From NCBI RefSeq assembly GCF_902459465.1, contig NC_047078.1, forward strand, positions 8,494,001-8,558,000: a stretch of 64,000 nt of DNA, in the 5' to 3' direction. The notes beneath the pieces were generated by a model. The model saw only the letters and a program-made list of their open reading frames with translations, had not been told where the DNA came from and ran no database searches. Each line of letters begins with the position of its first letter. The stretch's first letter is position 1. Positions 31,718 through 43,944 of the stretch are shown piece by piece. The stretch is from Asterias rubens. Lineage: Eukaryota. A program made the position numbers and the translations under genes.

Positions 31718-34700
31718 TTAATAATTCATTAAAAAAAAAACTGGGTTTTGAACAAAGAAACATTGTTACTGGAGCGGGATTTGAACCAACGACCTCCGGA
31801 TTAACGTACCGGCACTGTAACAACTGTGGGCTATCCAGCCGTGTGTTGGCAATCATCTTTTTTTCTGGGTGCACATTACCCCTACCTGCTGTGAAGCCAT
31901 GGATCACACCCAAGTTTACGATACAACCTGGGAAGCGGCAGTCAAAGCGGATGAATGACCTTTTTGACTCAAAACATAACTTCAAAACATAGCAGAGCTG
32001 GTTATTACAAAATGTCAAGGGAACGTCTGCAGTCGAAGCTATCAGAAATCAGTCAGACACTATTCAAACACAACTTGCTTAAAGGAACTGGTCCGTTTTA
32101 GTATTTACTTAAATTTTAGTACATTTACTTAAATTGAATTTGTTAGCATAAAAACTGACAAGCAATGGAGAGCTGTTGATACTATACTGTCTAAAAGCAC
32201 ACAAAATTGTGTTTTTTCTTTACGTATTCTCTTGCAACTTCGATTACCAACTGAGCCCAAATTTTCACAGGTTTTTCATTTTATGCATGTTGGCATGTTG
32301 GAACACACAAAGTGAGAATACTTGTCTTTGACGATTATCAAAGGTGTCCAGTGCCTTTTAATTGTAATTCATGTTCAAATAATATTATGGCTATAGTAAT
32401 ATAATTACAGGAAGTGTGACTGACTATCAAATTAACAAAGCGCACAATGCCACGGCCGACCGGAAGACCGAATTACATTAACTCAAGAAATGTAGACAAC
32501 CTTAATAAAACGAACATCTGATCAATAACTTACTGAAAATGACCTTTATCCGTGCACTGCACATTTGATTCCGTTCACACATAATTATTTCCATACTGTC
32601 AAAAACAGTCAACCGATGTGGTAGCAAACAGAGTAGTGTAAGATTTATACAGTCAAAGAAATGGAACACTATGGGTGCCGATTTGAAGAGCTGAGGCTTG
32701 TAGTATTCAGCTTGTGGACTCGACAGTAGAGACTAAATAAACGAACAAACAGAGACATGGTTTTCAATTCATGTGTTATTTATTTAGGCACGCACCGAGA
32801 CAACCGTTGTAAAAACCGTTAAAAAAATATCGTGGGCCTACATTATCAAGATGTAAACAATCTACACATACCTGAGTAGTATAGTTTACTCCAGCAAAAA
32901 AACAAAAAAAAGAGTTATACTTTGATGGTTTGTATCACTGGAAAATGCACCAAATGGGCGTTACACTCGAACTTTACTGTAAAACCACAGCCCCAGTATT
33001 CCGCGCATTGACTGACCTATACAGGGAATTTCCAGGTTTAGTGACATGATCAGAGCCCTTGCCCCAGATAAGTTTGTTTTATTGATAACGCGTCAGGGTG
33101 CCACGTTACATTGCACGGAATCGCCAGGTAGTACGGGGTATTGGGTTTCTGTGTAGGCCTTCAATCTATTGTTTGCTCTTAGTCTATTGTTAGTTTCTCC
33201 CTACCGCCCTCACCTGGGCTACCTGGAACCCAGAGCCTGGATTATTTCTAGGTGCTCGTGATAAGGTGGCAGCTCGCATCATTTCGGTTTGAGATGCTGC
33301 CCTGTTCGGACCCCACAACGAGAGCTAGATAAACTTGAGAGAGAGATGTATAGCTGACCTTACCTCAACTTTATGAGAATACTTGAAACTTGAGAGCTCT
33401 CTGCATCTGAAACATCCGCTGATGCGCCTGTACCATCTCCATCTCAGATTTTTCTGCTGGCATCCTGGACTTGAAAACTCTGCAAGAAAGACAAGGTAGG
33501 ATTTACAAATTATACAAATTCTAGCTCATTTTAAATAAGTTATTGAGGCCAGATGTACTATATATAGAACAAGGAACCAGTCCATAGCCCTTTTCTACGT
33601 ACGTACTGCATCTCTTTGGAACCACTAAGACAGTCAACGTGTCCTGTGCAATTTGTTGTAACGTCAGGTCTAATGCATCTTAAGCCTGGCTGAAGAAGAC
33701 AGAACGTCAGGTCTAATGCATCTTAAGCCTGGCTGAAGAAGACAGTATATAAGGCCTACTCAAGTTGTTGAGCTCAGTCTTCCATGAATATGGGATGAAA
33801 GGAAAATCAAATGGTCCCCATTGGGATTTGGACCCAAGACCCCCTGACACTCCGGTCAGATGCTCGACCAACTGAGCTATGAGGCACAGCGAAGTACTCC
33901 CTCAAGTTTTCCACGAGAACCGCATTTTCTCTCGGTGTTGCGTGGATACACAACTGGGCAAAGTAACACACGCAATTATTTGATTATTTCACTTCTATTG
34001 GGTGATTAGGCTACCAAATCGCATTGTGTTTCTTTCCATGAATAGTATTTCTTATAAGAAGTAGTCATAAATACTATAGTAAACTTGCGGGTACAACCAT
34101 GTATTAAATCTCTTTTGTTTGAGTGTTGGCTCTGAAAAGAGCCGGTGTGGTATCGACGTTTCGAACGGTATACTCTGCTCGTCTTTAGGAGAATGCTAGA
34201 CTACTACAGTGGTGGTTAAGTTTAGGTATTTTTTATCTCCCAAAAGTACAGACGTGTACCTGTAGCACAGCCACCAACCACGCAGGTCCAAATTACGCAG
34301 AGCTGCTTAGCAGTAAATATTGCTTAAACCATTTCTCATTGGTTTAGCGTATATTTAAGCGTATTGTAGCCGTATTAGAAATTTAGTAAGCGCGCAGTTC
34401 TTTATTGTCATAAAGGAACATGTATTAGTAAGCTGCTAAGTGTAGCTCTCTTGTAACTTTCTTTTAGGCATGATCAACTTAACAGTTCTAGTATAACGTT
34501 TGAGACCTGGTCTAAATTTCATAAGCACAACAACTTAAGCAACAATAGTAGTACTTAACAGAAACATGTTTACCAGCCCAATGACATTAAGTTTACATTT
34601 TGCTTAGCAAAGAAATTTGTTAAGCAAATTTGTTAGTGGTACTTAACAGAAACAGGTTTACCAGCCCAATGACATTAAGTTTACATTTTGCTTAGCAAAG

Positions 34701-35171
34701 AAATTTGTTAAGCAGTACTTTCTGCTAAACAGTTTTATGTAATTGAGACCAGCATGCAAAAATATAATGTTTACAGCATGGCAGTACTTGTATTTCTCCT
34801 CAGTAGGTCCCTGATGGATACATTTGTGATAGACCTTTATCACTCTGTCACCATCTTGTCCATGTTCCCTGTTTCCGAACAGTAATGAATGCTAACATTA
34901 AGTGCGCAAACATGGCACCAGACTATTATTTAGCCTCAGTTTGGTTACAAAGAGCTGGAATGGAGTAAAATCAAGATGGCAACACCGTGGTAAAGGTCTA
35001 TTAACAAAGACCAGTGTTCTAACTACGTGTATCACATCATTTTGCATAGGCTGATAACAAACCTGCAAAACCTGCATCCTTGTTGCAAAAATTTGTGTGC
35101 TTTCAGATGGCTAAAATGCTTTATAGGCCTGAAGTCTAGGTATTAAGAGTTTTGCCCTTCCGTAGTAATAA

Positions 35172-35303
35172 TAGGCCGTGTCCGAAACGGCGACTTCGGC
35201 TACAGCTACGGCTAGATCGCGCGCGTCTGCTATCCTTTAACACTGGTAGACGCGCTGATCTAGACGTAGCTGTAGCCGAAGTCGTCGTTTCGGACACGGC
35301 CTA
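35172..35303. mobile_element. 132-bp hairpin MITE
   Basis: TAGGCCGTGTCCGAAACGGCGACTTCGGCTACAGCTACG with a near-perfect inverted copy; TA at both ends. Confidence 0.8.
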
Positions 35304-35312
35304 AGACACAAT

Positions 35313-35502
35313 TGTAGAGTCTTACTAGACATACGGATTAAACCAATACTATAGACGAATTCAATCTTATGTGCATCAACATGTGTCTTTATTCCGTTCC
35401 TCGGTTTTCCACCCCTTTTCCATGTACTCTTACACGAGGCCAACTCATTTGCATAAATGTATAACATTACATGTATTACAGTGTGATCACGTGAACACTA
35501 CA
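35313..35502 (-). repeat. 3' LTR (190 bp)
   Basis: TGTAG...CTACA inverted ends, AATAAA inside, PPT immediately upstream; its first 25 nt recur at 38704-38728. Confidence 0.85.
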
Positions 35503-35823
35503 TTCTCTCCTTTCTTAAAATAACAAACCCTTAGTTAAACTGGAAAGTAAACGCACAGTATCAAACTTTAACTTTTAACAACATCATCAAGTTTAAACAA
35601 TGTTAACCATTTAACAAAACAATTGTGTTTCTTTTAAAATACAGTAGTCCATACTATGACTTATCATATTAGACTTAGACCGGGATATTGCAAATTTTAT
35701 GTTGGTGAGATATTTAAAACTATCCCAGAAAACATTTGTTACTTATCTTGTATCTCCTCTGGTAAACAATATTTACCCTTACATCCTGTGCTTACTGCTT
35801 ATAACACATACTTTAAGTTTTAT

Positions 35824-38690
35824 CTAAACATCCATTACAAAATCATCAAAACGCTTAGGGAGACAGTTTCTCGTTGTACGAACTGCCCTTGGTGAACCTA
35901 GCATTGGACTTGAGATGGAGACTTGTGGGTCTACAATGTCTCCACTAATATCCTCATTCTGTATTGGATCTTCGATACTCTCCTGACTAGTGTCAGACTC
36001 TGTTTGCTGGTATTTCTTTACATGAGTGCTATTTCTTTTGTATTTCACTCCCTCTGGAGATTCAACAGTGCAACTGTTACCCTGTTTCTCCACTAATGTG
36101 TATGGCACTGCATGAAATGGTGTACTCATTTTGTTTTGTTGACTTTGCTTCACCAGTACAGCATCTCCCTTTTTCAGATCACTTTCTTCTGCTCTTCTTT
36201 TGTTATCTACATACAACTTATTTTTGTGTTTCATCAGAGCATCTCTGTCTTGAACTTCCTCATCATTTCTGTACTCTAACTCCTCTATTTGTGGCAATTT
36301 TGTTCTGAGTTTTCGCCCAAACATTAACTCAGCTGGGGACACACCTGTAGTGCTATGAGGAGTTGTTCTGTACGCAAACATGTATGACCGGATTTCCCTT
36401 TTCCAGTCCTGTGACTGAGCATGAGCTATTCTAATGCGCTTCATCAGCGATCTGTTTTGTCGTTCAACTTCACCATTTGCTGCAGGGTGCAGAGGTGTCA
36501 CTAATCTATGGTTAATACCATTTTCATTTAAGTATTCCTTGAACACTTCTGACCTGAACTGTGGGCCGTTGTCCGAGGTAATTGACCTTGGTAGCCCATA
36601 ACGAGAGAACATATTCTCCAGTGCATTCACAATCTTAGCTGTTGTAGTATCTTTCATAATTTCTACTTCATAAAATCTACTGTAATAGTCTACCACAACA
36701 AACACATAGTGTTTTGATGGGAGAGGTCCCAGTAGGTCAATGGCCAAGTCCTGCCAAGGACCCGTAGGCATTTGCGTTGGATGCAATGGTTCTGGGTTGG
36801 GCATCGCACTTACTAGTTAACATCCATGACATGATCGAACTAATCTCAAAACATCTTTATCCATGTTTGGCCACCACACTTTACTTCTCAACCTTTGTTT
36901 TGTGCCTACTATGCCCAAATGACCACGATGTGCTAATTCTACACATTTTGTACGTAACGTCTTAGGTATGACTAATCTTGTTCCTCTCAACACCAGGTAA
37001 CCGATTGAACTCAACTCATTCCTGATTGGAAAATAATTAACACTGGATTTATCAAAATCACCTTTCGCTAGACACTTTCTAACTTTGATCAATTCTGCAT
37101 CGTCCTTTGATGCTTCTTCCACTTCACGTGTAGTTAAAGCTTTGGGTGTTGCCTGTTCTGCAACAAACTTAACATACTCCTCAGCTTTATTTGCTAGTGT
37201 GTTTGGTTTATCAGCTACATTGCTTTTTTCCAACCTTGACAACACATCTGCAATGTTTTGTGGCCCAGGTGCATATCGAATTGTATATGTGAATGGCATT
37301 AATCTTAACACCCATCTCTCAATTCTGGCATTTGGTTTTGACTTTGGCCCATACAACACTTCTAGTGGTTTATGATCTGTGATCAATTCGAAATTCAATC
37401 CATATAGATATATCTGAAATTTCTCACATGCCCACACAACGGCAAGTGCTTCTTTCTCAGTAGTAGAGTACCTTGTCTCCACATCACTTAATGTCCTACT
37501 GGCATAACTAATGACTCTAGTTTCCCCTTCATATTCTTGAAGTAACACAGCCCCTAAACCAACATTACTTGCATCCGTAACAAGTTGTGTACGTGTAGCA
37601 TCAAGACGGTAATACCCTAATGTCTCAGTCTTAGTTAGGCAATCCTTCAACACATCAAAACTGTTTTGTTGTTCTTTGCCCCATGTGAACTTCTCATTTT
37701 TTCTAGTCAGCCTACGCAATGGTTCAGCCACAGTGGCCAAATTTGGAATGTATCGTGCTGAGAAATTCACAAGTCCCAGAAAACTCTTGATTTCGGCTGC
37801 ATTGTTGGGGGGTCTTGCCTCTTTCATGGCTTTGATTCTCCCCTCTGTGGGCTCAACTCCGTTTTTGGATAACACATGACCCATGAAACGTAATCTTTGT
37901 CAAACCAAACTGACACTTTTCCTTATTTAAGGTCAAGTTCTTTTCCTTCAGTCTCTGCATGACTTTCACTAGTCTTTCATCGTGCTCTGCTTGGTTTTTT
38001 CCATAAACAACAATATCATCTGATATGTTTTGAACTCCTTCACAATCATGTAGTACCTGAGCTATTACTTGCTGGTACTTCTCTGGTGCTGCACTTATGC
38101 CAAACATCAATCGTGTATACCTATACAGGCCTTTATGGGTTACAAACGTTGTGATTTCTCGTGAATCTTCTTCCAATTCTATCTGGTGATACCCATACTT
38201 CATATCTAACTTACTGAAAACTTCACTACCATTCATATTGTACAAAATCTCATCAACAGTAGGAATAGGATGCCTTTCTCTGATTATGGCCTTATTGGCT
38301 TGTCGCATATCAACACACAGTCGAATATCGCCATTTGGTTTGGGTACAACAATCACTGGGCTTACCCACGAAGTTGGGTGATTAACTTTCTCTATTATAC
38401 TTAGTGACTCTAATTCATCTGACCTTCTCTCTTAAGGTGTATGGTACCCGGTACATGTGTTGTGCCACTGGTCTAACCTCTTTGTCAATGTGCAACTTCA
38501 GCTTATGGTCCTTCAACTTTCCTACCCCTTGAAAACATTCTGGATAACTATCTATCACTTCTCCAGCCACAAGGTTTACACCAATCTTAAGCACACCCAG
38601 TTCAACACTTGTATCTTTACCTAGAAGTGCAGGCCCTTTACTTTCTGTGACATAAAAATCTGCTTCTACTTCAGTGTCTTCATGACTCAT
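35824..38690 (-). pseudogene. Gypsy pol pseudogene (protease C-terminus, RT, RNase H, integrase)
   Basis: RT CVDMRQAN / LMFGISAAPE / NISDDIV; RNase H TDASNVGLGAVL; HHCC HRGHLG...CHGC; integrase DLLGP, DNGPQF, NGEVER. Lesions: frameshifts near 38420 and 37880, and an in-frame TAA at 36817-36819. Confidence 0.92.
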
Positions 38691-39124
38691 ACCATCAACT
38701 TTAACAGTGTGATCACGTGAACACTACAACAATCAAGGCCCGAGGAGGTGTTTTGATTTAACCTTTGACCTCCGCCAAAAAAGGGGGTCAGGGTACCACA
38801 CAGAAAGTACATACAGAGATGATAGAACACTGCAAGAAAACACCTCACCATGGATCAAATATCGCTTCACACTGAGAAAGGCGTGATTTTGTTTCTGAGC
38901 GATTTCATTGCGTTACTCATGTCCTTAACAATAAACATTGTTTTAACATTATTGCTACTATTATAAGCGTACACAAAGTGTCATGTCGCGATAGTTTATA
39001 GACACTGTGGACTCGGTTCTTGCAGTGTTGGAGTGGCCGGCCTTGGTTGTATCATTTTAATCATAATTTGCTTCACTTAATCCAGGAGTATAAATGGGAG
39101 GGTCTCCCTCGCTGCCTTGAGTTA

Positions 39125-40223
39125 ATTGCCAAAAACCAGTCTTCTCACTTAGTTTATATATCTCAACTATGTACAAAATAACAAACCTGTGAAAATTTTG
39201 AACTCAATTGGTCGTCGAAGTTGCGAGATAATAATGGAAGAAATAACACCCTATTTCTGAGGTCTCGAAATCAAATTCAAATATTTTTTAGTGGAAAATT
39301 ACCTCTTTCTCAAAAACTACGTTACTTCAGAGGGAGCCGTTTCTCACAATGTTTTATACTATCAACAGCTCTCCATTACTCGTTGAGTCGTTAGGCAAGT
39401 AAGGTTTCATGCTAATAATTATTTTGAGTAATTTTTAAAGGGACACGTTGCCTTGGATCGGTCGAGTTGGTCTTTGAAAAGCGTTTGTAACCGTTTGTTA
39501 TAAAACTCATTTGGTTAGAAAGATGTTGTAAAAGTAGAATACAATGATGCACACAAACATGCCTCGAAGTTCCACGGTTTTCCTTTTACCTCGTCGACTA
39601 ACACGGTCGGCCATTTATGGGAGTCAAATAATTTTTAACTCCCATAAATGGCCGACCGTGTTTGTTCGCAAAGTAAAAGGAAAACCACGCAATTTCGAGG
39701 CAAATTTGTGTGGATCATTGTGTTCTAGTTTTAAAACATCAACCATATGCATTTTATAACAAACGGTTACGCTTTTTATAGACCAACCCGTCCGATCCAA
39801 GGCAACGTGTTCCTTTAAAGGCAGTGGACACTGTTGGTAATTACTCAAAATAATTATTAGCATAAAACCTTTCTAGGTGACAAGTAATGGGGAGAGGTTG
39901 GTGGTATAAAACATTGTGAGAAACAGCTCCCTCTGAAGTGCCATAGTTTTGGAGAAAGAAGTAATTTTCCACAAATTTGATTTCGAGACCTCAAGTTTAG
40001 AACTTGAGGTCTCGAAATCAACCATCTAAACGCACACAACTTCGTGTGACAAGGGTGTTTTCTTCTTTCATTATTATCTCGCAACTTTGATGACCGATTG
40101 AGCTCAAATTTTCACAGGTTTGTTATTTTATGCATAGTTGAGATACACCAACTGTGAAGGCTAGTCTTTGACAATTACCAATAGTGTCCACTGCCTTTAA
40201 TACCAATAGTGTCCACTGCCTTA
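39125..40223. mobile_element. Stack of three Kolobok-like MITEs
   Basis: A family-1 host is split in its right TIR by family 2 (39439-39814) plus family 1 (39819-40196); the host TIR resumes at 40201. Confidence 0.75.
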
Positions 40224-41574
40224 AACTTAAATTATGCAAAATACTTAACAATCTTATATACCATCCGGGTAATGGTTTGTTTTTTTGTCAATGTAGGTTT
40301 TCAAAATGTTCATAAATTGGAAAAAGAATTGCAATAAAAGTCACAGTATGTGAAAGTTTCGGCAGAAAATAGTTTGTCTATCTTGCTGAGAAAACTGGAA
40401 AAATCGTAACGGTATTCAATTAAATTAATATGCTAACCAGGTTGCAAGCCAAACTACAATGTCACATGTTGTGACTGGTATCCTGCTCATTTCTGCTTAG
40501 CAGATCGTTAATACTTTCTGATACCGGGTCCTGGTGTTAGTTGTTTGTGTGGGCTACTGTTGGTCGGTTGCCAGCCAACCTTAATTCCAATAGCAATAAT
40601 TTTCTTTTCTAATGTGGTTTTTGTACGAAGCACATGGGGTGTGTTCTCTCGTCGCTAGCCTTTCCGACCCTTAAAACGGGATAAACAGGTGAGATTTTCT
40701 CATTTTTAATGATCTCGAACAAAACCAAACGTTTGTAAACGACTCTTTGCTGCAATGTCGGTGTTTATTGGTGTTCGTGTGTTTCCGAAGGAGAGCAGGA
40801 GCAAACACATGCCGTTCATAACAGCACGAGACGCCATCACGATGTGGAGGGGAAATCACGCTCGCCACGAAATACCGTACATTAGATGTGCCGACTAAAC
40901 TTTAAACCAATATTGTGACAAACTTATAATAGTTGTTGTCCTTAATATTGTTTACTTCAAGTTTGTAATTGGCCAATTATACAAAATATCATAATATAAC
41001 ATTTTGGCCTGTAGCATGAAGGCAGAGGGCCTACGTTAGGATCACCAGATTTAAATTAAGGTTCGAAAATGTTTAAATTTGAGAAGTTTGTTTAGTATCA
41101 ATAAATTAAGGTCACATTAAATGTAAATCCACTTATGGAACAAAATGCATACCTAATGACTAAGAGGGAATTACATCATTGATAATTGTCTTGTATTGTT
41201 CGAGAAAATCTGGATTTTAGGATAAAATTTAATATATAACATGGTTCAAACGAACTGTTGACATATTTTTCCTTCTGTGTTTGCTGAAAAGAGAGCAAAT
41301 AATTATGAAATTCAAAAGTCAGAAAAAATGACAGGTTCAAACGACGATCAGCCGACCATCGTTTCAAAGCTAGAATTGAAATGTTCATTAAAATGAAATA
41401 ACACTCGCGAAACAACTTCGCTGGCAACCTGTAAATCAAAAATAATTATGTAATTTCATTCAAGTGAGTTATTTTGAATTAACTTGGAAGTACATTTTTT
41501 CATCCAAATCCATAATTATACTAGCTGCCAACATTTGCATCTTGTCATTTCGCTCCGGAGAATTTTGTACAAAG

Positions 41575-41870
41575 ACCAGGGAGATATTTAGAAACCTATT
41601 CAACACAACAGGGAAGATGTTTCCATAATATCAGGAAGATTTTAAATCATGTTCATCAGAACATGGACATATTATTTATTTTATTTTAAGTTTCTGCAGA
41701 ATCAGGAAGAGTTAAAGTTTGTTGAACAAAAATCAGGGAGTAAATTAGAAACACATTCACCACAACAGGGAAAATGTTTCCATTGATATCAGGGAGATGT
41801 TCAAAATGTGTTCATCAGGAAATGGACAGATTGGTTCATTTTCAGTTTCTGCAGAATCAGGGAGAGATGG
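41575..41870. repeat. Two diverged ~165-bp tandem copies
   Basis: CAGGGAG...CACAACAGGGAA(G/A)ATGTTTCCAT...GTTTCTGCAGAATCAGG, twice. Confidence 0.75.
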
Positions 41871-42139
41871 CTATACGTAGCTCTGTTCATACCTTTAGTT
41901 TGACAGCATTTCATCGGCTTTTCATACAATGTGATAGAGAAGGTGAACAATAGTTAGAATATATATTCACAAAAACAACTTTACTTGTTAAAAAAAACAA
42001 TTTTACGTTCCCTAATTTTGGGGCACCAAAACGGGCCAGGAACTTACACGGGAGTCCATAAGGCCATGCCCTCTGATGCACCTGATCCTATAGCCTTGGT
42101 GACCCTAAAAATTTCTCTTATATGACTCTTTAAGAAACT

Positions 42140-43944
42140 GGGGATTACTATTGTCAAAGACCAGTCTTCTCACTTGCTGTATCTCACATACGCATACAAT
42201 AACAAACCTGTGAAAATTTGAGCTCAATCAGTCATCAAAGTTGAAAGATAATAATGAAAACTACGTCACTTCAGGGGGAGCCTTTTCTCACAATGTTTTT
42301 TTTACTATCAACAGCTCTCCATTACTTGTAACCAAGTGAGGTTTTGTGCTAATAATTATTTTGAGTAAATACCAATAGTGTCCACAGCCTTTTAGACTTT
42401 CCAATGGGAGTACCCTTCGCAAAGTGAAAATTACCTTGCTTTGAGTGTCAGTTTGCACGAGTATAATATCTCAATATTGGCCTCTAAAAAAATGCCCCAT
42501 CCCCTTTGAAGCAGAACAGTTAAAAATGACAGGCCTACATTTTAAAGGGGAAGGTACACGTTTGGTAATTACTCAAAACAAATATTAACTTAAATACTGA
42601 CAAACTAGCATTGTAGAGCTGTTGAGAGTATAAAACATTGTGAGAAACGGCTCCCTCTGAAGTAGCATAGATTTAGAGAAAGGGGTAATTTCTAACTAAA
42701 ATAATAAAAGACTTCTTTAGCCAGAAGTCTTTTATTCGTCCAACAATGGTGTTTTTTCTCTAATCATTTTCTCGCAACTTCGATTACCAACTAAGCTCAA
42801 ATTTTCACAGGTTTGTTATTTTATGCTTACGTTGGGATACAACAAGTGAGAAGACTGGTCTTTGACAATTAAACGTGTACCTTCCCTTTAGAAGAGGACA
42901 AAAACAAAAATAAATCAGTCTAAAATTGTGTATGTTTATTTTGCTCATATCAACCATGGATGAAGTTGAAAAAACAAAACTTGATCCACGACATAACTAC
43001 TTGCGTTTGAGAGGCTAAACTTATGATTTTTACATTAAAGAATTGTATGTTGTACCTGCCTTTGTCTTCTACAAAAGGTGGTTATACAATAATACAAACA
43101 ATTCAATTCAATTATTTATTCATCATGCCAGCATGAAAATCATTAAAGCTCAGTTTGCACATACAAAATATTAAAATGTAAAAAATACACAATATTTTTA
43201 AGCGAGACAAAACAAAACTTGACAATAAGTGAAGGATTTAAATACGAAATCAAGATTACTATACTTATCGATAATTAATCATCAATACAGGGAAGTAGCC
43301 TAGTCAGTAGTCGATGATGTATTAAAGCCACGTCACCGACTTCCTTCATAAAACATTGATAACTCAAAACAACATTGGTTGATTGTTTTTGAAATTGCGG
43401 ACATGACATGACTTGATTTGGAATGATTTGTAAATGCAGCTGGTTGTTTATCACATTTTTGTGTGGGTTGCGTGGGTTGTTGCCACCCAACCTTGAAGGC
43501 ACTGGACACGTTTGGTAACTGTTATAAAGACCACTATTCTCACTTGGTGTATCCCAACATATGCATCAAATAACAAACCTGTGAAAATTTTGGCTCAATC
43601 TGTCATCAAATGTGCAAGAGAATAATGACAGAAAACACTCTTGTTGCATTACTTTGTGCGCTTTCGGATGCATAATAAAATGCGTCAGCTGAAGTCTTTT
43701 AATTATTATTTGAAATGATTTTTGGGGTTAAACAAAGAATTGACTAGAGTGGGATTCGAACCAACGACCTCCGGATTAACGTATAATTATTATTTGAGTG
43801 AGAAATTACCTCTTTCTCAAAAAACTAATTCAGAGGGAGCCGTTTCTCACAATCTTTTACTCAACAGCTCTCCATTGCTCGTATACCAAGTAAGTGTTTA
43901 TGCTAACAATTATTTTGGGTAATGACCAATAGTTTCCAGTGCCT
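42140..43944. mobile_element. Cluster of Kolobok-like MITEs (~42140-42395, 42545-42888, 43497-43944) with a LINE-like tail near 43100-43490
   Basis: Family internal motifs; (TTGAA)n-type tail on the minus strand. Confidence 0.6.

Larger units (their letters stand above)
35313..38728 (-). mobile_element. Decayed Ty3/Gypsy (Mag-like) LTR retrotransposon with a 5' internal deletion
   Basis: 5-bp TSD ACAAT on both sides; TGTAG...CTACA termini; polypurine tract AAGAAAGGAGAGAA next to the 3' LTR; domain order PR-RT-RNaseH-IN. Confidence 0.92.

Noticed and set aside
33805-33890. Functional tRNA genes here and at 12950, 31745, 43722 and 50075
   Set aside because: Only box A/B remnants are present; the anticodon and acceptor stems are broken, so these are SINE heads.
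33660-34705. Short local tandem duplications (43 bp at 33660-33745; ~107 bp at 34548-34705)
   Set aside because: They are ordinary slippage duplications within repeat-derived DNA.
35472-35502. A 31-bp TGTA...TACA mini-LTR
   Set aside because: The TSD and the matching TGTAG/CTACA end place the true LTR boundary at 35313, giving 190 bp.
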